A DNA stretch of 64,000 nucleotides from Macrostomum lignano (taxonomy: Eukaryota), in assembly GCA_002269645.1 (NCBI GenBank), contig NIVC01001207.1, forward strand, positions 271,541 through 335,540. Reading direction: 5' to 3'. The notes under the pieces are model-generated. The model ran no database searches. It was not told the DNA's origin and saw only the letters and a list, made by a program, of their open reading frames with translations. The position numbers and the translations under genes are program-made. Positions 1 through 12,433 of this stretch are shown in pieces (within the stretch, counting starts at the first letter, position 1; every line of letters starts with the position of its first letter).

Positions 1-550
1 CTTCAGAAAAAGCTAAACATGCAGCGTCGGAAGGCCAATGAGCGGGAAAAGAAAAAAAGCAAGAGGACGAACGAAGCTTCTGAACAAAAGGTAATCAACG
101 AAATGAGAAAACATATCTGGCACAGGAGATGCTCCAAAAGGCGGATTAACGAAATCAACAAACAAGAAGTGAATCGCTGGACGATAATACCAGTAAAAAC
201 TTAACGTCTATATTAATTTGAGTTAAGACATGATTTGAGATATGATTTGAGACTGAATGATTTGATTTGAATATGATTTGAAATTGGCGCAGTGAAGTGG
301 GAAGTCTGGAATTTGGAAATACATAAAAATCGTGTCAGTGTCACAGGGTTGTTGTCTAAGTTAAACAAATATATCACTGGATTCAAAAAAGTTTTTTAAA
401 GGTTTTTGTGACTAGAAATGTAGTTTTTTTCTTTTCTGTTTGTTAATTATTTCACATAAAGCGATTTTTTTCCAAAAAACAATGCCTAATGTTGCTGCTC
501 AAAAAAAGTTGTCCTGCTCAATTATTTTCAAAATGCGCTGTGGTCACACT

Positions 551-1139
551 GGATCTGCTCCATTCCGCATAGAATTCCCCCCATTCCCCCCGAAGGATCT
601 GCTCCATTCCGCATAGAATTCCCCCCATTCCCCCCGAAGGATCTGCTCCATTCCGCATAGAATTCCCCCCATTCCACCTAAAGGATGTGCTCCATTCCGC
701 ATAAAATTCCCCCCATTCCACCTGAAGGATCTGCTCCATTCCGCATAAAATTCCCCCATTCCACCTGAAGGATCTGCTCCATTCCGCATAGAATTCCCCC
801 TATTCCTCCTGAAGGATCTGCTCCATTCCACATAGAATTCCCCCCATTCCACCTGAAGGATCTGATCCATTCCGCATAGAATTCCCCCTATTCCACCTGA
901 AGGATCTGCTCCATTCCGCATAGAATTCCCCCCATTCCACCTGAAGGATCTGCTCCATTCCGCATAGAATTCCCCCCATTCCACCTGAAGGATCTGCTCC
1001 ATTCCGCATAGAATTCCCCCTATTCCACCTGAAGGATCTGCTCAATTCCGCATAGAATTCCCCCCATTCCACCTGAAGGATCTGCTCCATTCCGCATAGA
1101 ATTCCCCCTATTCCACCTGAAGAATCTGCTCCATTCCGC
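551..1139. repeat. 44-bp minisatellite (GGATCTGCTCCATTCCGCATAGAATTCCCCCCATTCCACCTGAA), ~13 copies, probably intronic
   Basis: Unit starts recur at 551, 595, etc. The array ends ~100 nt before the acceptor at 1240. ORFs 518-1090 are its translations. Confidence 0.95.
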
Positions 1140-1240
1140 TCTCAATTCTTATTAGAACTGCGCGGGCACACTGAGCTGAGTGCATCGTATTGTGCGTACA
1201 GTTTAGTTTATCCAAGTTCGCCTCCCGTTGCCACTTGCAG

Positions 1241-3039
1241 ACCTACGAAAAGCGACTGAGTTTCGCCAGTTAAACGTTGGCTTCGGCGGCCGATGGCAGT
1301 ATCTAAGGGGTCAGCAGTACACAGACTTGGGTAAGAGAGGGAAAGCGGGGGTTAATAAAACAAGCTTTGACCCTGTGCGCACAGTGTACATTCTGACCGT
1401 GCTACTTTGAGCTTGCGCCGCCGCAATTGAGGGAGGTGTGTCCTGCTTAGCTGTCTGTCTGTATAGAAAATAAAATAACAATTCTATATGGTCTGCTCTT
1501 TCTTAAACTGCTACGTTAGGCCTGTAACTATAGCTTGTGCTTCTGCGTTTACAGCTTGTTTTGAATAGTTCTTTGAAAATGTTTTCTTTGAAGCTAAAGA
1601 TAGAAAAACAAGAAAATGTTCTACTTATTATTACCTAGTTTCTTTTTCGGTACATGAAATGCGAATTACTAGTTTCTTTCTCTTAACTACGGTGTGACTA
1701 ATGTCAATCCGCGGGAAAGATTTTAGCACCGCAGGAAAGATTTTAGCGCCACAGGAGTGACTTTAGCGCCACAGGAGTGACTTTAGCGCCACAGGAGAGA
1801 TTTTAGCGCCGCAGGAGAGATTTTGGCGCCGCAGGAGAGATTTTAGCGCCACAGGAGAGATTTTAGCGCCGCAGGAGAGATTTTGGCGCCGCAGGAGAGA
1901 TTTTAGCGCCACAGGAGAGATTTTAGCGCCCCAGGAGAGATTTTGGCGCCACAGGAGTGATTTTGGCGCCGCAGAAGAGATTTTGGCGCCATAGGAGAGA
2001 TTTTAGCGCCGCAGGAGAGATTTTAGCGCCACAGGAGACATTTTGGCGCCACAGGAGACATTTTAGCGCCACAGAGAAGATTTTAGCGCTACAAGAGATT
2101 TTAGCGCCACATGAAAGATTTTAGCGCCACAGGAGAGATTTTAGCGGCACGGGAGAGATTTTAGCGCCACGGGAGAGATTTTAGCGCCACAGGAGAGATT
2201 TTAGCGCCACAGGAGAGATTTTAGCGGCACGGGAGAGATTTTAGCGCCACGGGAGAGATTTTAGCGCCACAGGAGAGATTTTAGCGCCACAGGAGATTTA
2301 GCGGCACGGGAGAGATTTTAGCGCCACGGGAGAGATTTTATCGCCGCAAAGAGAAATCTTAGCGCCGCAGGAGAGAATTTAGCGCCACAGGAGAGATTTT
2401 AGCGTTACAGGAGACATTTTAGCGCCACACGAGACATTTTGGCGCCACAGGAGACAGTTTAGCGCCGCAGGAAAGATTTTGGCGCCACAGAAGAGATTTC
2501 TGTGATCTCGCAAAGAGAAGTCTAAGCGCCGCAGGAGAGATTTTAGCGCCACAAGAGAGATTTTGGCGCCACAGAAGAGATTTCTGTGATCTCGCAAAGA
2601 GAAGTCTAAGCGCCGCAGGAGAGATCGAGTAAAGCAATAGTCAGGGGGTCAGGACCTTCCTATCCCAATACTAAGGAGCAGCTGCCCTCTCTGTCTTCCT
2701 ATTCTGTTCCGCTGTGCCTGTATCAGTGGTCGCTCACGATGGTAGCTTTAAGAAGCGATGCGAATCGTCACTATAGCCTACTTACAAGTAGAAATGCTAG
2801 TAAAGCTGTGAAATTAATTTTCAGACTCTCTACCCAGCGTAGAAGCCGAATCTGGCCCAGTTGAGGACCAGCTAATTGAGGCGTCGGGTGCGGCCAAAAA
2901 GTCTGGCAGCCCTGGCGTCAGCGGCGCTGCTTCTGGCGGCAGCCTCGGCGGCGGCGGCGGTCCCTCCTTGTCCTCGTCGTCCAACGATTTCGGCTCGTTA
3001 TTGAAGAACTACGTCAGAATGCGCGGCGGCCTGCACTGA
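1241..3039 (+). CDS. 3' part (last two exons) of an unidentified protein-coding gene; upstream exons not found in the window
   Basis: Exon 1241-1330 (ccacttgcag|...TTGG|gtaaga; 90 nt, phase 1-1) reads DLRKATEFRQLNVGFGGRWQYLRGQQYTDL. Exon 2825-3039 (aatttttcag|AC) continues in frame as DSLPSVEAESGPVEDQLIEASGAAKKSGSPGVSGAASGGSLGGGGGPSLSSSSNDFGSLLKNYVRMRGGLH* and is a GC-rich island in AT-rich DNA. AATAAA at 3342. Confidence 0.6.
1711..2625. repeat. 20-bp minisatellite (GAGAGATTTTAGCGCCACAG), ~45 copies, in the intron of the partial gene
   Basis: Visible tandem units; a ~65-bp variant block is duplicated at the right end (~2478 and ~2561). Confidence 0.95.
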
Positions 3040-4985
3040 GTTGAACGGCTGGCCAAACAGCATGGAACGCTGTCTTACTAAAAAAAAATCATTCGATTTC
3101 CAATTCTTTTGGGGGCGAATTTCAAAACCAACAATCTTAGAAATTAGTTGAAACTATTCCATATCGCTTGTCGGAACTTTCATTTTTTAAAAACTGTGTG
3201 TCCAGTGTGCCTTTTTAATAATAGGCTTTTTGTATTGAAAAGCTTAGCCAGTCAGCAATTTACTGTCAAGGACTAATTAAGCCGAAGGACGAGAATCTAC
3301 GTTTCTAGGAAAATTTTAGGAGGCCGGTTTCACCGAGAAAGAATAAATTACGGATATAGGAGGTTTTAGTTTTTTTTCAGTACAATTTTATCATCAGTTA
3401 CACCATTTTGTTACCCAGTCATTAAGCTAAGAATGATAAAATAGATTCATAAAACCAATGAGTGGAGCTGTGCGTAGGGTATTAAATAATCATAGAATCC
3501 TTTTTTTTTTCTAAACGAAAAGTTTAATGAATAGAGCTATAATTAAGAAAGGCATATCATATCAAAAGCTGAACATTGAGTCTCCATTCTATCAAAAGCA
3601 ATAACAATTTGTGTGCTGACAAAATGAAAACCTCCTATCTCGGTAATGTAACCCTATATCACTTGTCACCTGTCTGTTGTTATCGGTTCCTGTAATCTAT
3701 CTGTTAACTTGATTTCTATTGCATTATAATAATATTTACTCCTGTTTCGTCTTGCGTTTGCTAATTTAGCAAAAATTAGGAATCTAATCAGGGTCCTCTC
3801 TGATCTAATTATATCAAATTAGTAATATTAGACTCTTATGTTTAATTTTAACCTGGCATTTTTACTATACACAGTCGTCGCCATCTCACTGTTCGCCATG
3901 ACCAAGCACAGCTCTTGCCCGGCTAAACCTGTGGATTAAAAAGGCAAACTGCTACAGTAAGGCTATTGCCATTTACGAGCGTAATAACAATGCATTACAA
4001 TAATTGTAACCTGCTTATGTTGAACTGGCTTTGAATGAAAAGCCAGTCATCGAGCCAGCGAGCCAGCGAGCCATCTGAATTTTTAATTTGTTGCTTTTAG
4101 CCAAATATTAACAAGCGTGTTTTAATCTCCGGTTTTTTTCATAATTACACTATATAAATTATGCAGTGTGTTTTCAGATGTCTATGAAAACATTGTTATA
4201 TATTATATTCGGTGTGTAGCAGTTTACAATACATTTTTGCAGCATAGTTGATCCTGGGTGCATCATGAAAAATAAGTAGCAATGTAAAAAAAGAGAGACA
4301 TGAAGTTGAACTCACAACTTGTGCCATGATAGACGAAAAAGACGCGGTGACCGAGGCATTAATAATCGGCTTCAACTTTTTGTCCTTGATTGGCATCTTA
4401 TTCAATGCGATGAGGATTAAGTAGGCTGCAAAAGGTGCATTATTCAGCTTTTCATTCCAAGCAATTGGCTTGGTTATCTATTATTAGTAAAATTTAATCA
4501 TATTGTTTTCTGAACCACTGCGTTCCATATGAAACTTTGTCAAAGAGCTTTACATACTCTGGTTTTGTTATAGATTTCAGTCCTCATAATGTTCCTATCA
4601 CTATTTATTTATTAATTAGTCTTTGAATTTGCTGTTTTTGCTTACATTTATTCAATAAATATTCAATTTTGCCTGTATTCGGAGGCGGCGCACTCCTTAA
4701 TGATGCATTAATGCCGTTCTGAAATTTGCTTTCTTTGTTATTGTCATTATTATAGTTTAATATAATGCTTAGAATTGAAACCTGCTTTTGTCTTTAAGTC
4801 ATTTTTGTAGTCCAAAGATGCTTTTGACTATTATTATGCTAGGTTTATTTAACTGTTAGTTGGTTAAGGCAACAGAGTTTAGCGATGTGTGCACGTATCG
4901 TTGTATGAGAGTTGCTAATGACTGGATATGCAATTAAAAGATTATTAAGATTGACAGCTTGTCTGCTGCAATGCTTGTTAGATAG

Positions 4986-5690
4986 TTATTCGCTTCGGCT
5001 CATTATGTCAGTTGTGACGTCAAGTTCGTCCTTGCTCAGCACGTACGGCTTCTTGATGCTGACAACGCCGCAGTCAATGATGCGTATCTTGCGCTTCGGT
5101 TGGGCATTCTTCGAATTGGTTGGCACCTCGCCAATGGTGTTGACGACGTCAAAACCGCGGAGGATTTTGCCGAACACTACGTGATGCTTGTCTAGCCAGC
5201 GAGCCTTGGTTAGGGTGATGTAGAACTGGGAGCCGTTGGTGTCCGGGCCGTGATTCGCCATGGCAACCCAGCCAGGGCTTCGATGCGACAAGATGAACGG
5301 CTCGTCGTTGAACGACTTGCCGAAGATGCTGGCGCCGCCGGTGCCGTCTTTGCGGGTCACGTCGCCCATCTGGACTACAAAGTCCGGCACAACCCGGTGC
5401 ACAGGCGTGCCCTTGTAGTGCAGCACGTCGCCCTTGGCCGATCGCCAACCCTTAGCCAAGGCAACAAAGTTCATCGCAGTGGCCGGTGCGTCCTCGCCGA
5501 ACACGCCAATTGTAAACTTGCCAGTAAAATCGTCGCCCGGTCCGTCCAGATCTTTGATTTCAACCTCGAACCAGACCTCCTCCGTGACCTTGTAGGTGGG
5601 CTTGGGCTCTTCCTCCTCCTTGTCTCGCATTGCTGCAGCCGGGGCCGATGCGTACAGGACAAGTAGCAGGATCGCGGTCAGTTGCTGCAT
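4986..5690 (-). CDS. Secretory-pathway cyclophilin (peptidyl-prolyl isomerase, PPIB/PPIC-like), intronless, 234 aa
   Basis: Signal peptide MQQLTAILLLVLYASAPAAA. Cyclophilin motifs HRVVPDFVVQMGD, MANHGPDTNGSQFYIT, WLDKHHVVFGK and IIDCG. Minus-strand AATAAA at ~4843-4848. Confidence 0.93.
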   Translation of the reverse strand: MQQLTAILLLVLYASAPAAAMRDKEEEEPKPTYKVTEEVWFEVEIKDLDGPGDDFTGKFTIGVFGEDAPATAMNFVALAKGWRSAKGDVLHYKGTPVHRVVPDFVVQMGDVTRKDGTGGASIFGKSFNDEPFILSHRSPGWVAMANHGPDTNGSQFYITLTKARWLDKHHVVFGKILRGFDVVNTIGEVPTNSKNAQPKRKIRIIDCGVVSIKKPYVLSKDELDVTTDIMSRSE

Positions 5691-6444
5691 GGTATCGACT
5701 GGATGTTGATTGAATTCTTAGTATTTTCCACTCGGAGACAATATACCGTTTGAGTGTTTGAGTTGTAGGATGTTTTCGGCTCGGTGGTACAGTCCTATTT
5801 ATGCTATTTTGGTCTAGAGCTTGTAATCTTGCCACATCATCGCTGCTGCTCATCGGGGCTTGTTGTGTTACTCGCCACGTGGGTGCGAGAAAACAGCCTA
5901 TCCTACCAGCTGTTGCTGGTTTTGCTTCTATTGCTCGCGTCTTAATCCGCTCAGGTCAGAACTAATCCTACCTACATGTATCCTGTGTGACTACAGACAG
6001 TTTTCTTCATTCAAGCCTGGGCTAGCTATTGACTCTTGGATTATTCCCTCAGTCCCTCTTAAGCCTAGTTGTGCTGACGTTTGTCCATACAGTCAGCCAC
6101 GTCAGACTATTTTTAACGCAGTCCCTAGTTTTTTTTTAAACAGTTAAGTCTCTACGTTTTTTCACTTTGAATTTCGCATAACGAAGGGGAATATGTTGAC
6201 TTCACTTAGATGTTCTGTATTTTTTCTATTAAATTTTGCTAACGTAAATTTCTCTGACATAATGGTTATCAAAAATCGAATCTAAAGAAAACCAATTAGG
6301 AAGTATGCACCCAAAAAAGAATCTCCAAGCATCATTAGGGCGTAATTCTCTTTTCTCTCACTATCCGTCACATCGAACACATGCGACAACATCGAACACA
6401 AACCTCAGGATTACAAAACAACCAAAAGTTACTCAGCATTCTTC

Positions 6445-6935
6445 TAGACACCCCAAACTCACTAAGAATTCTCCCAGACAACCCAAACTCACTAAGAATT
6501 CTCCCAGACACCCCAAACTTACTAAGAATTCTCCCAGACACACTCCAAACTTACTAAGAATTCTCCCAGACAACCCAAACTTACTAAGAATTCTCCCAGA
6601 CACACTCCAAACTTACTAAGAATTCTCCCAGACAACCCAAACTTACTAAGAATTCTCCCAGACAACCCAAACTTACTAAGAATTCTCCCAGACAACCCAA
6701 ACTTACTAAGAATTCTCCCAGACAACCCAAACTTACTAAGAATTCTCCCAGACACCACAAACTTAATAAGAATTCTCCCAGACAACCCAAACTTACTAAG
6801 AATTCTCCCAGACAACCCAAACTTACTAAGAATTCTCCCAGACACCCAAACTTACTAAGAATTCTCCCAGACACACTCCAAACTTTCTCAGAATTCTCCC
6901 AGACAACCCAAACTTACTCAGCATTTCCCAGACAC
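6445..6935. repeat. 30/32-bp minisatellite (ACCCAAACTTACTAAGAATTCTCCCAGACA), ~16 copies, between the divergent cyclophilin and CNDP2 starts
   Basis: Tandem units visible; ends ~75 nt upstream of the CNDP2 ATG. Confidence 0.95.
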
Positions 6936-7010
6936 CTTTTGAAAAAACTAATGAAGAGCGAATCCTATAGAAGCCCGACACTGCATTGATGCTTCAATTC
7001 CGTTATCAAA

Positions 7011-10000
7011 ATGTCAGCTAACGCCGACCTGCAGTGCATATTCAGCCGCATCGACGCCAACCAGTCGCGCTACATCGACCGACTGCGCGACGCTGTCGCT
7101 GTCAGGTCAGTCAGCGCCTGGCCAGATCATCGCGGCGAAGTTGTTCGCATGGTGGAACGGGCCGCTGATGAGCTGAAGTCGCTGGGCGCCTCCGTTCGAT
7201 TGGCGCCTTTGGGCGAACAGGTGAGCGGCAAGGTTAAAGTTCCCCCGGAGTTTGGAATTGGGGAATCCGGAGTTTGGAATTCGGGGATTCGGAGTTTCGA
7301 ATCGGGGATCCAGAGTTTGGAATCGGGGAATCCGGAGTTAAGAATCGGGGAATCCGGAGTTTAGGATCGGGAAACTCGGAGTTTAGGATCGGGAAATCCG
7401 GAGTTTAGGATCGGGAAACTCGGGGTTTAGGATCGGGAAATTCGGGGTTTAGGATCGGGAAACTCGGAGTTTAGGATCGGGAAATCCGGAGTTTAGGATC
7501 GGGAAACTCGGGGTTTAGGATCGGGAAACTCGGGGTTTAGGATCGGGAAATTCGGGGTTTAGGATCGGGAAACTCGGGGTTTAGGATCGGGAAATTCGGG
7601 GTTTAGGATCGGGAAATTCGGGGTTTAGGATCGGGAAACTCGGGGTTTAGGATCGGGAAATCCGGAGTTTAGGATCGGGAAACTCGGGGTTTAGGATCGG
7701 GAAACTCGGGGTTTAGGATCGGGAAATTCGGGGTTTAGGATCGGGAAACTCGGGGTTTAGGATCGGGAAATTCGGGTTTAGGATCGGGAAATTCGGGGTT
7801 TAGGATCGGGAAACTCGGGGTTTAGGATCGGGAAATTCGGGGTTTAGGATCGGGAAATTCGGGGTTTAGGATCGAGAAAAATCCGGGGTTTAGGATCGGG
7901 AAATCCGGAGTTTAGAATCGTGAAACTGGTGGAATCGATAAGTTAAAGTGAAGATAATCTTATTAGCTACAAAGGAGTTCAAATCTGAGTTTTCTACAAC
8001 TTGTATCCATTCCTAGAAACTAACGGACGGCACCAAGCTGCAGCTGCCGCCCTGCCTACTGGCGGATCTGCCCAGCAACGCCAACAGCGACAAGAAGAAG
8101 ACGTTGCTCATCTACGGCCATCTGGACGTTCAACCGGCTGCCAAAGAGGACGGCTGGGACACTGAGCCGTTCGAGCTCACCGAGCGCAATGGGAACCTCT
8201 ACGGCCGAGGCTCCAGCGACGACAAGGGGCCAGTGCTGGGCTGGCTCAATGCCGTCGAGGCTTACAAAGAGGTTCGCTTTTTAGTGTTAGCGATTTAAAA
8301 ATGCCCCCCCCCTTTGAGTTGAGAGTGAAGTCGGAAATTTTGTATTTTCGTATAATCGTCAATTGATCAATTCTTCTGTGAATCGCCCTCAAGCGTTACC
8401 TGAAAATCGCCTTTCAACTCATAATCGCCTAAGTGCCCCCTTGAGCATCCCCTAAGAATCGCCCCTCAATCATCCATTAAGAATTGCCCCTCAATCATCC
8501 ATTAAGAATCGCCCCTCAATCATCCACCAAGAATCGCCCCCTCAATCATCCACCAAGAGTCGCCCCTCAATCATCCACCAAGAATCGCCCCCTCAATCAT
8601 CCATTAAGAATCGCCCCTCAATCATCCACCAAGAATCGCCCCCTCAATCATCCATTAAGAATCGCCCCTCAATCATCCACCAAGAATCGCCCCCTCAATC
8701 ATCCATTAAGAATCGCCCCTTAATCATCCATTAAGAATCGCCCCTCAATCATCCACCAAGAATCGCCCCCTCAATCATCCATTAAGAATCGCCCCCTCAA
8801 TCATCCACCAAGAATCGCCCCCTCAATCATCCATTAAGAATCGCCCCCTCAATCATCCACCAAGAATCGCCCCCTCAATCATCCATTAAGAATCGCCCCT
8901 CAATCATCCACCAAGAATCGCCCCCTCAATCATCAATTAAGAATCGCCCCCTCAATCATCCACCAAGAATCGCCCCCTCAATCATCCATTAAGAATCGCC
9001 CCTCAATCATCCACCAAGAATCGCCCCCTCAATCATCCACCAAGAGTCGCCCCTCAATCATCCACCAAGAATCGCCCCCTCAATCATCCATTAAGAATCG
9101 CCCCTCAATCATCCACCAAGAATCGCCCCCTCAATCATCCATTAAGAATCGCCCCTCAATCATCCACCAAGAATCGCCCCCTCAATCATCCATTAAGAAT
9201 CGCCCCTCAATCATCCATTAAGAATCGCCCCTCAATCATCCACCAAGAATCGCCCCCTCAATCATCCATTAAGAATCGCCCCTCAATCATCCATTAAGAA
9301 TCGCCCCTCAATCATCCACCAAGAATCGCCCCCTCAATCATCCATTAAGAATCGCCCCTCAATCATCCACCAAGAATCGCCCCCTCAATCATCCATTAAG
9401 AATCGCCCCCTCAATCATCCACCAAGAATCGCCCCCTCAATCATCCATTAAGAATCGCCCCCTCAATCATCCACCAAGAATCGCCCCCTCAATCATCCAT
9501 TAAGAATCGCCCCTCAATCATCCACCAAGAATCGCCCCCTCAATCATCCATTAAGAATCGCCCCCTCAATCATCCACCAAGAATCGCCCCCTCAATCATC
9601 CATTAAGAATCGCCCCTCAATCATCCACCAAGAATCGCCCCCTCAATCATCCATTAAGAATCGCCCCCTCAATCATCCACCAAGAATCGCCCCCTCAATC
9701 ATCCATTAAGAATCGCCCCTCAATCATCCAACAAGAATCGCCCCCTCAATCATCCAACAAGAATCGCACCTCAATCATCCATTAAGAATCGCCCCCTCAA
9801 TCATCCATTAAGAATCGCCCCCTCAATCATTCGCCAAGAATCGCCCCTCAATCATCCATTAAGAATCGCCCCCTCAATCATCCACCAAGAATCGCCCCTC
9901 AATCATCCATTAAGAATCGCCCCCTCAATCATCCACCAAGAATCGCCCCTCAATCATCCATTAAGAATCGACCCTCAATCATCCACCAAGAATCGCCCCT

Positions 10001-12411
10001 CAATCATCCACCAAGAATCGCCCCCTCAATTAAGAATCGCCCCCTCAATTAAGAATCGCCCCCTCAATCATCCACCAAGAATCGCCCCCTCAATCATCCA
10101 TTAAGAATCGCCCCTCAATCATCCAACAAGAATCGCCCCTCAATCATCCAACAAGAATCGCACCTCAATCATCCACCAAGAATCGCACCTCAATCATCCA
10201 CCAAGAATCGCCCGCCCCCTCAATCATCCACCAAGAATCGCCCCCTCAATCATCCATTAAGAATCGCCCCTCAATCATCCATTAAGAATCGCCCCCTAAA
10301 TCATCCACCAAGAATCGCCCCCTCAATCATCCATTAAGAATCGCCCCTCAATCATCCATTAAGAATCGCCCCTCAATCATCCATTAAGAATCGCCCCCTC
10401 AATCATCCATTAAGAATCGCCCCTCAATCATCCATTAAGAATCGCCCCCTCAATCATCCACCAAGAATCGCCCCCTCAATCATCCATTAAGAATCGCCCC
10501 TCAATCATCCATTAAGAATCGCCCCCTAAATCATCCACCAAGAATCGCCCCTCAATCATCCATTAAGAATCGCCCCTCAATCATCCACCAAGAATCGCCC
10601 CTCAATCATCCATTAAGAATCGACCCTCAATCATCCACCAAGAATCGCCCCTCAATCATCCACCAAGAATCGCCCCCTCAATTAAGAATCGCCCCCTCAA
10701 TTAAGAATCGCCCCCTCAATCATCCACCAAGAATCGCCCCCTCAATCATCCATTAAGAATCGCCCCTCAATCATCCAACAAGAATCGCCCCTCAATCATC
10801 CAACAAGAATCGCACCTCAATCATCCACCAAGAATCGCCCGCCCCCTCAATCATCCACCAAGAATCGCCCCCTCAATCATCCATTAAGAATCGCCCCTCA
10901 ATCATCCAACAAGAATCGCCCCTCAATCATCCAACAAGAATCGCACCTCAATCATCCACCAAGAATCGCCCGCCCCCTCAATCATTCGCCAAGAATCGCA
11001 CCTAGAAATCACACACAAGCCCCACAAGAGGGCCTCCCTGAAGTCACAATATTGTCTCGATCCCGCAGGAGGGCATTGAACTGCCGGTGAACCTGAAGTT
11101 CTGTCTGGAAGCCATGGAAGAGAGCGGCTCGGAGGGCCTCGACCAACTGCTAGTGAAAGAACGCAAAGGCTTCCTTAGCGGAGTCGACCTGGTGTGCATT
11201 AGCGACAATTATTGGCTAGGCAAGGACAAGCCGTGCCTGACCTACGGCCTACGCGGAATCTGCTATTTCTTTCTAGAAGTGTCCTGCGCAGCCAAGGATC
11301 TGCACAGCGGCGTGTTCGGCGGCTCAGTTCCCGAGGCTATGAACGATCTGGTCTGGTTTCTGGGCCGGCTGGCCGACAAGGACGGCAAAATTCTTATCGA
11401 CGGCATCGACGAGAATGTGGCGCCTCTCACTCCTGAGGAGGAGGCTCTCTACGATAAGATGGACTTCAGTGTTGATGAGTTCAAGGCTGACAATGGCCTC
11501 CACGGCCTGCTGCACGCTTCTAAGGTGAGTAGGGGGTCTTCATCGAGTTATAGCCCCTAACTGGCTTACCCAGTCGTCATCTCCTCCCACCGGGTCTTCA
11601 GTGGGCGCCACCTCCAAGCCTTTGGTGGGCGCCACCTCCAAGCCTTTGGTGGGCGCCACCTCCAAGCCTTCAGTGGGCGCCACCTCCAAGCCTTCAGTGG
11701 GCGCCACCTCCAAGCCTTCAGTGGGCGCCACCTCCAAGCCTTCAGTGGGCGCCACCTTCCCCACCAAGCCTTTAGTGGGCGCTACCTCAGAGTCTTCAGT
11801 GGGCGCCACCTCCTCAGAGTCTTCAGTGGGCGCCGCCTCCCGCCATAAGTAAGCCGCTCTAGAGTTCATTCGCCACGCCTTTCAATTTCCAGGCCAAGAC
11901 GCTGCAGCACCGCTGGCGTTTCCCCTCGCTCAGCGTCCACGGCATCGAGGGCGCTTTCTACGGCGAAGGCGCCAAGACGGTGATACCCCGCCGAGTGATT
12001 GGCAAGTTCAGCATTCGAATCGTGCCCAACCAGACGCCGGATGAGGTCAACGCCAAAGTGGTGGCCTATTGCGAACGGCTGTTCCGGGAGCGGGGCAGCC
12101 CCAACCAGTGCCGTATCATTCCTCAGCATGGTGGCCGGCACTGGTTCAGCGATTTCCAGCATCCGCACTTTCAGGCCGCCGCCAAGGCTACGAAAACTGT
12201 GTACGGAGTTGAGCCGGACATGACTAGGGAGGGCGGCAGCATCCCGGTGACGCTTAGCCTGCAGGAGAGCACGGGCAAGAATGTGCTGCTGCTGCCCATG
12301 GGCCAAGCTGACGACGGAGCTCACAGCCAGAATGAGAAACTGTCCAAGAGGAATTACATCCAGGGTACTAAGCTGATGGCCGCCTACCTGCACGAGGTCG
12401 GCCAGATTTGA
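7011..12411 (+). CDS. CNDP2: Cytosolic non-specific dipeptidase (M20 family), 4 exons, 479 aa
   Basis: Exons 7011-7220, 8017-8271, 11069-11524 and 11893-12411, all GT-AG phase-0 introns with an open joined frame. M20 motifs [52 protein letters not shown] and GAHSQNEK. Confidence 0.95.
7250..7920. repeat. 22-bp G-rich minisatellite (GGATCGGGAAACTCGGGGTTTA), ~30 copies, CNDP2 intron 1
   Basis: AGGATC recurs at 7451, 7473, etc. Confidence 0.95.
8453..11000. repeat. 25/26-bp minisatellite (AAGAATCGCCCC[C]TCAATCATCCA[TT/CC]), ~100 copies, CNDP2 intron 2
   Basis: Alternating CCATT/CCACC variants; a marked variant block recurs at 9963 and 10615. Confidence 0.97.
11596..11840. repeat. 24-bp minisatellite (CTTCAGTGGGCGCCACCTCCAAGC), ~10 copies, CNDP2 intron 3
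   Basis: Tandem units visible. Confidence 0.93.
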
Positions 12412-12433
12412 TTGGCTGGCCTAGCTAGCGTAA

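Noticed and set aside
19-204. Lys/Arg-rich ORF at the window start (possible exon 7-89 ending AAG|gtaatc)
   Set aside because: Its phase 0 donor cannot join the phase 1 acceptor at 1241, and I recognise no homology.
4326-4424. 32-aa micro-ORF with one hydrophobic helix (MIDEKDAVTEALIIGFNFLSLIGILFNAMRIK)
   Set aside because: No promoter or splice support, and hydrophobic ORFs arise easily in T-rich DNA.
5149-5666. Antisense and alternative-frame ORFs over genes and retroelements (also 11866-12393, 20017-21056, 35219-37293)
   Set aside because: Shadow ORFs caused by GC3-rich coding sequence.
8453-11000. CRISPR-like periodicity in this and the other arrays
   Set aside because: Units abut directly with no unique spacers, they lie in spliceosomal introns, and there are no cas genes.
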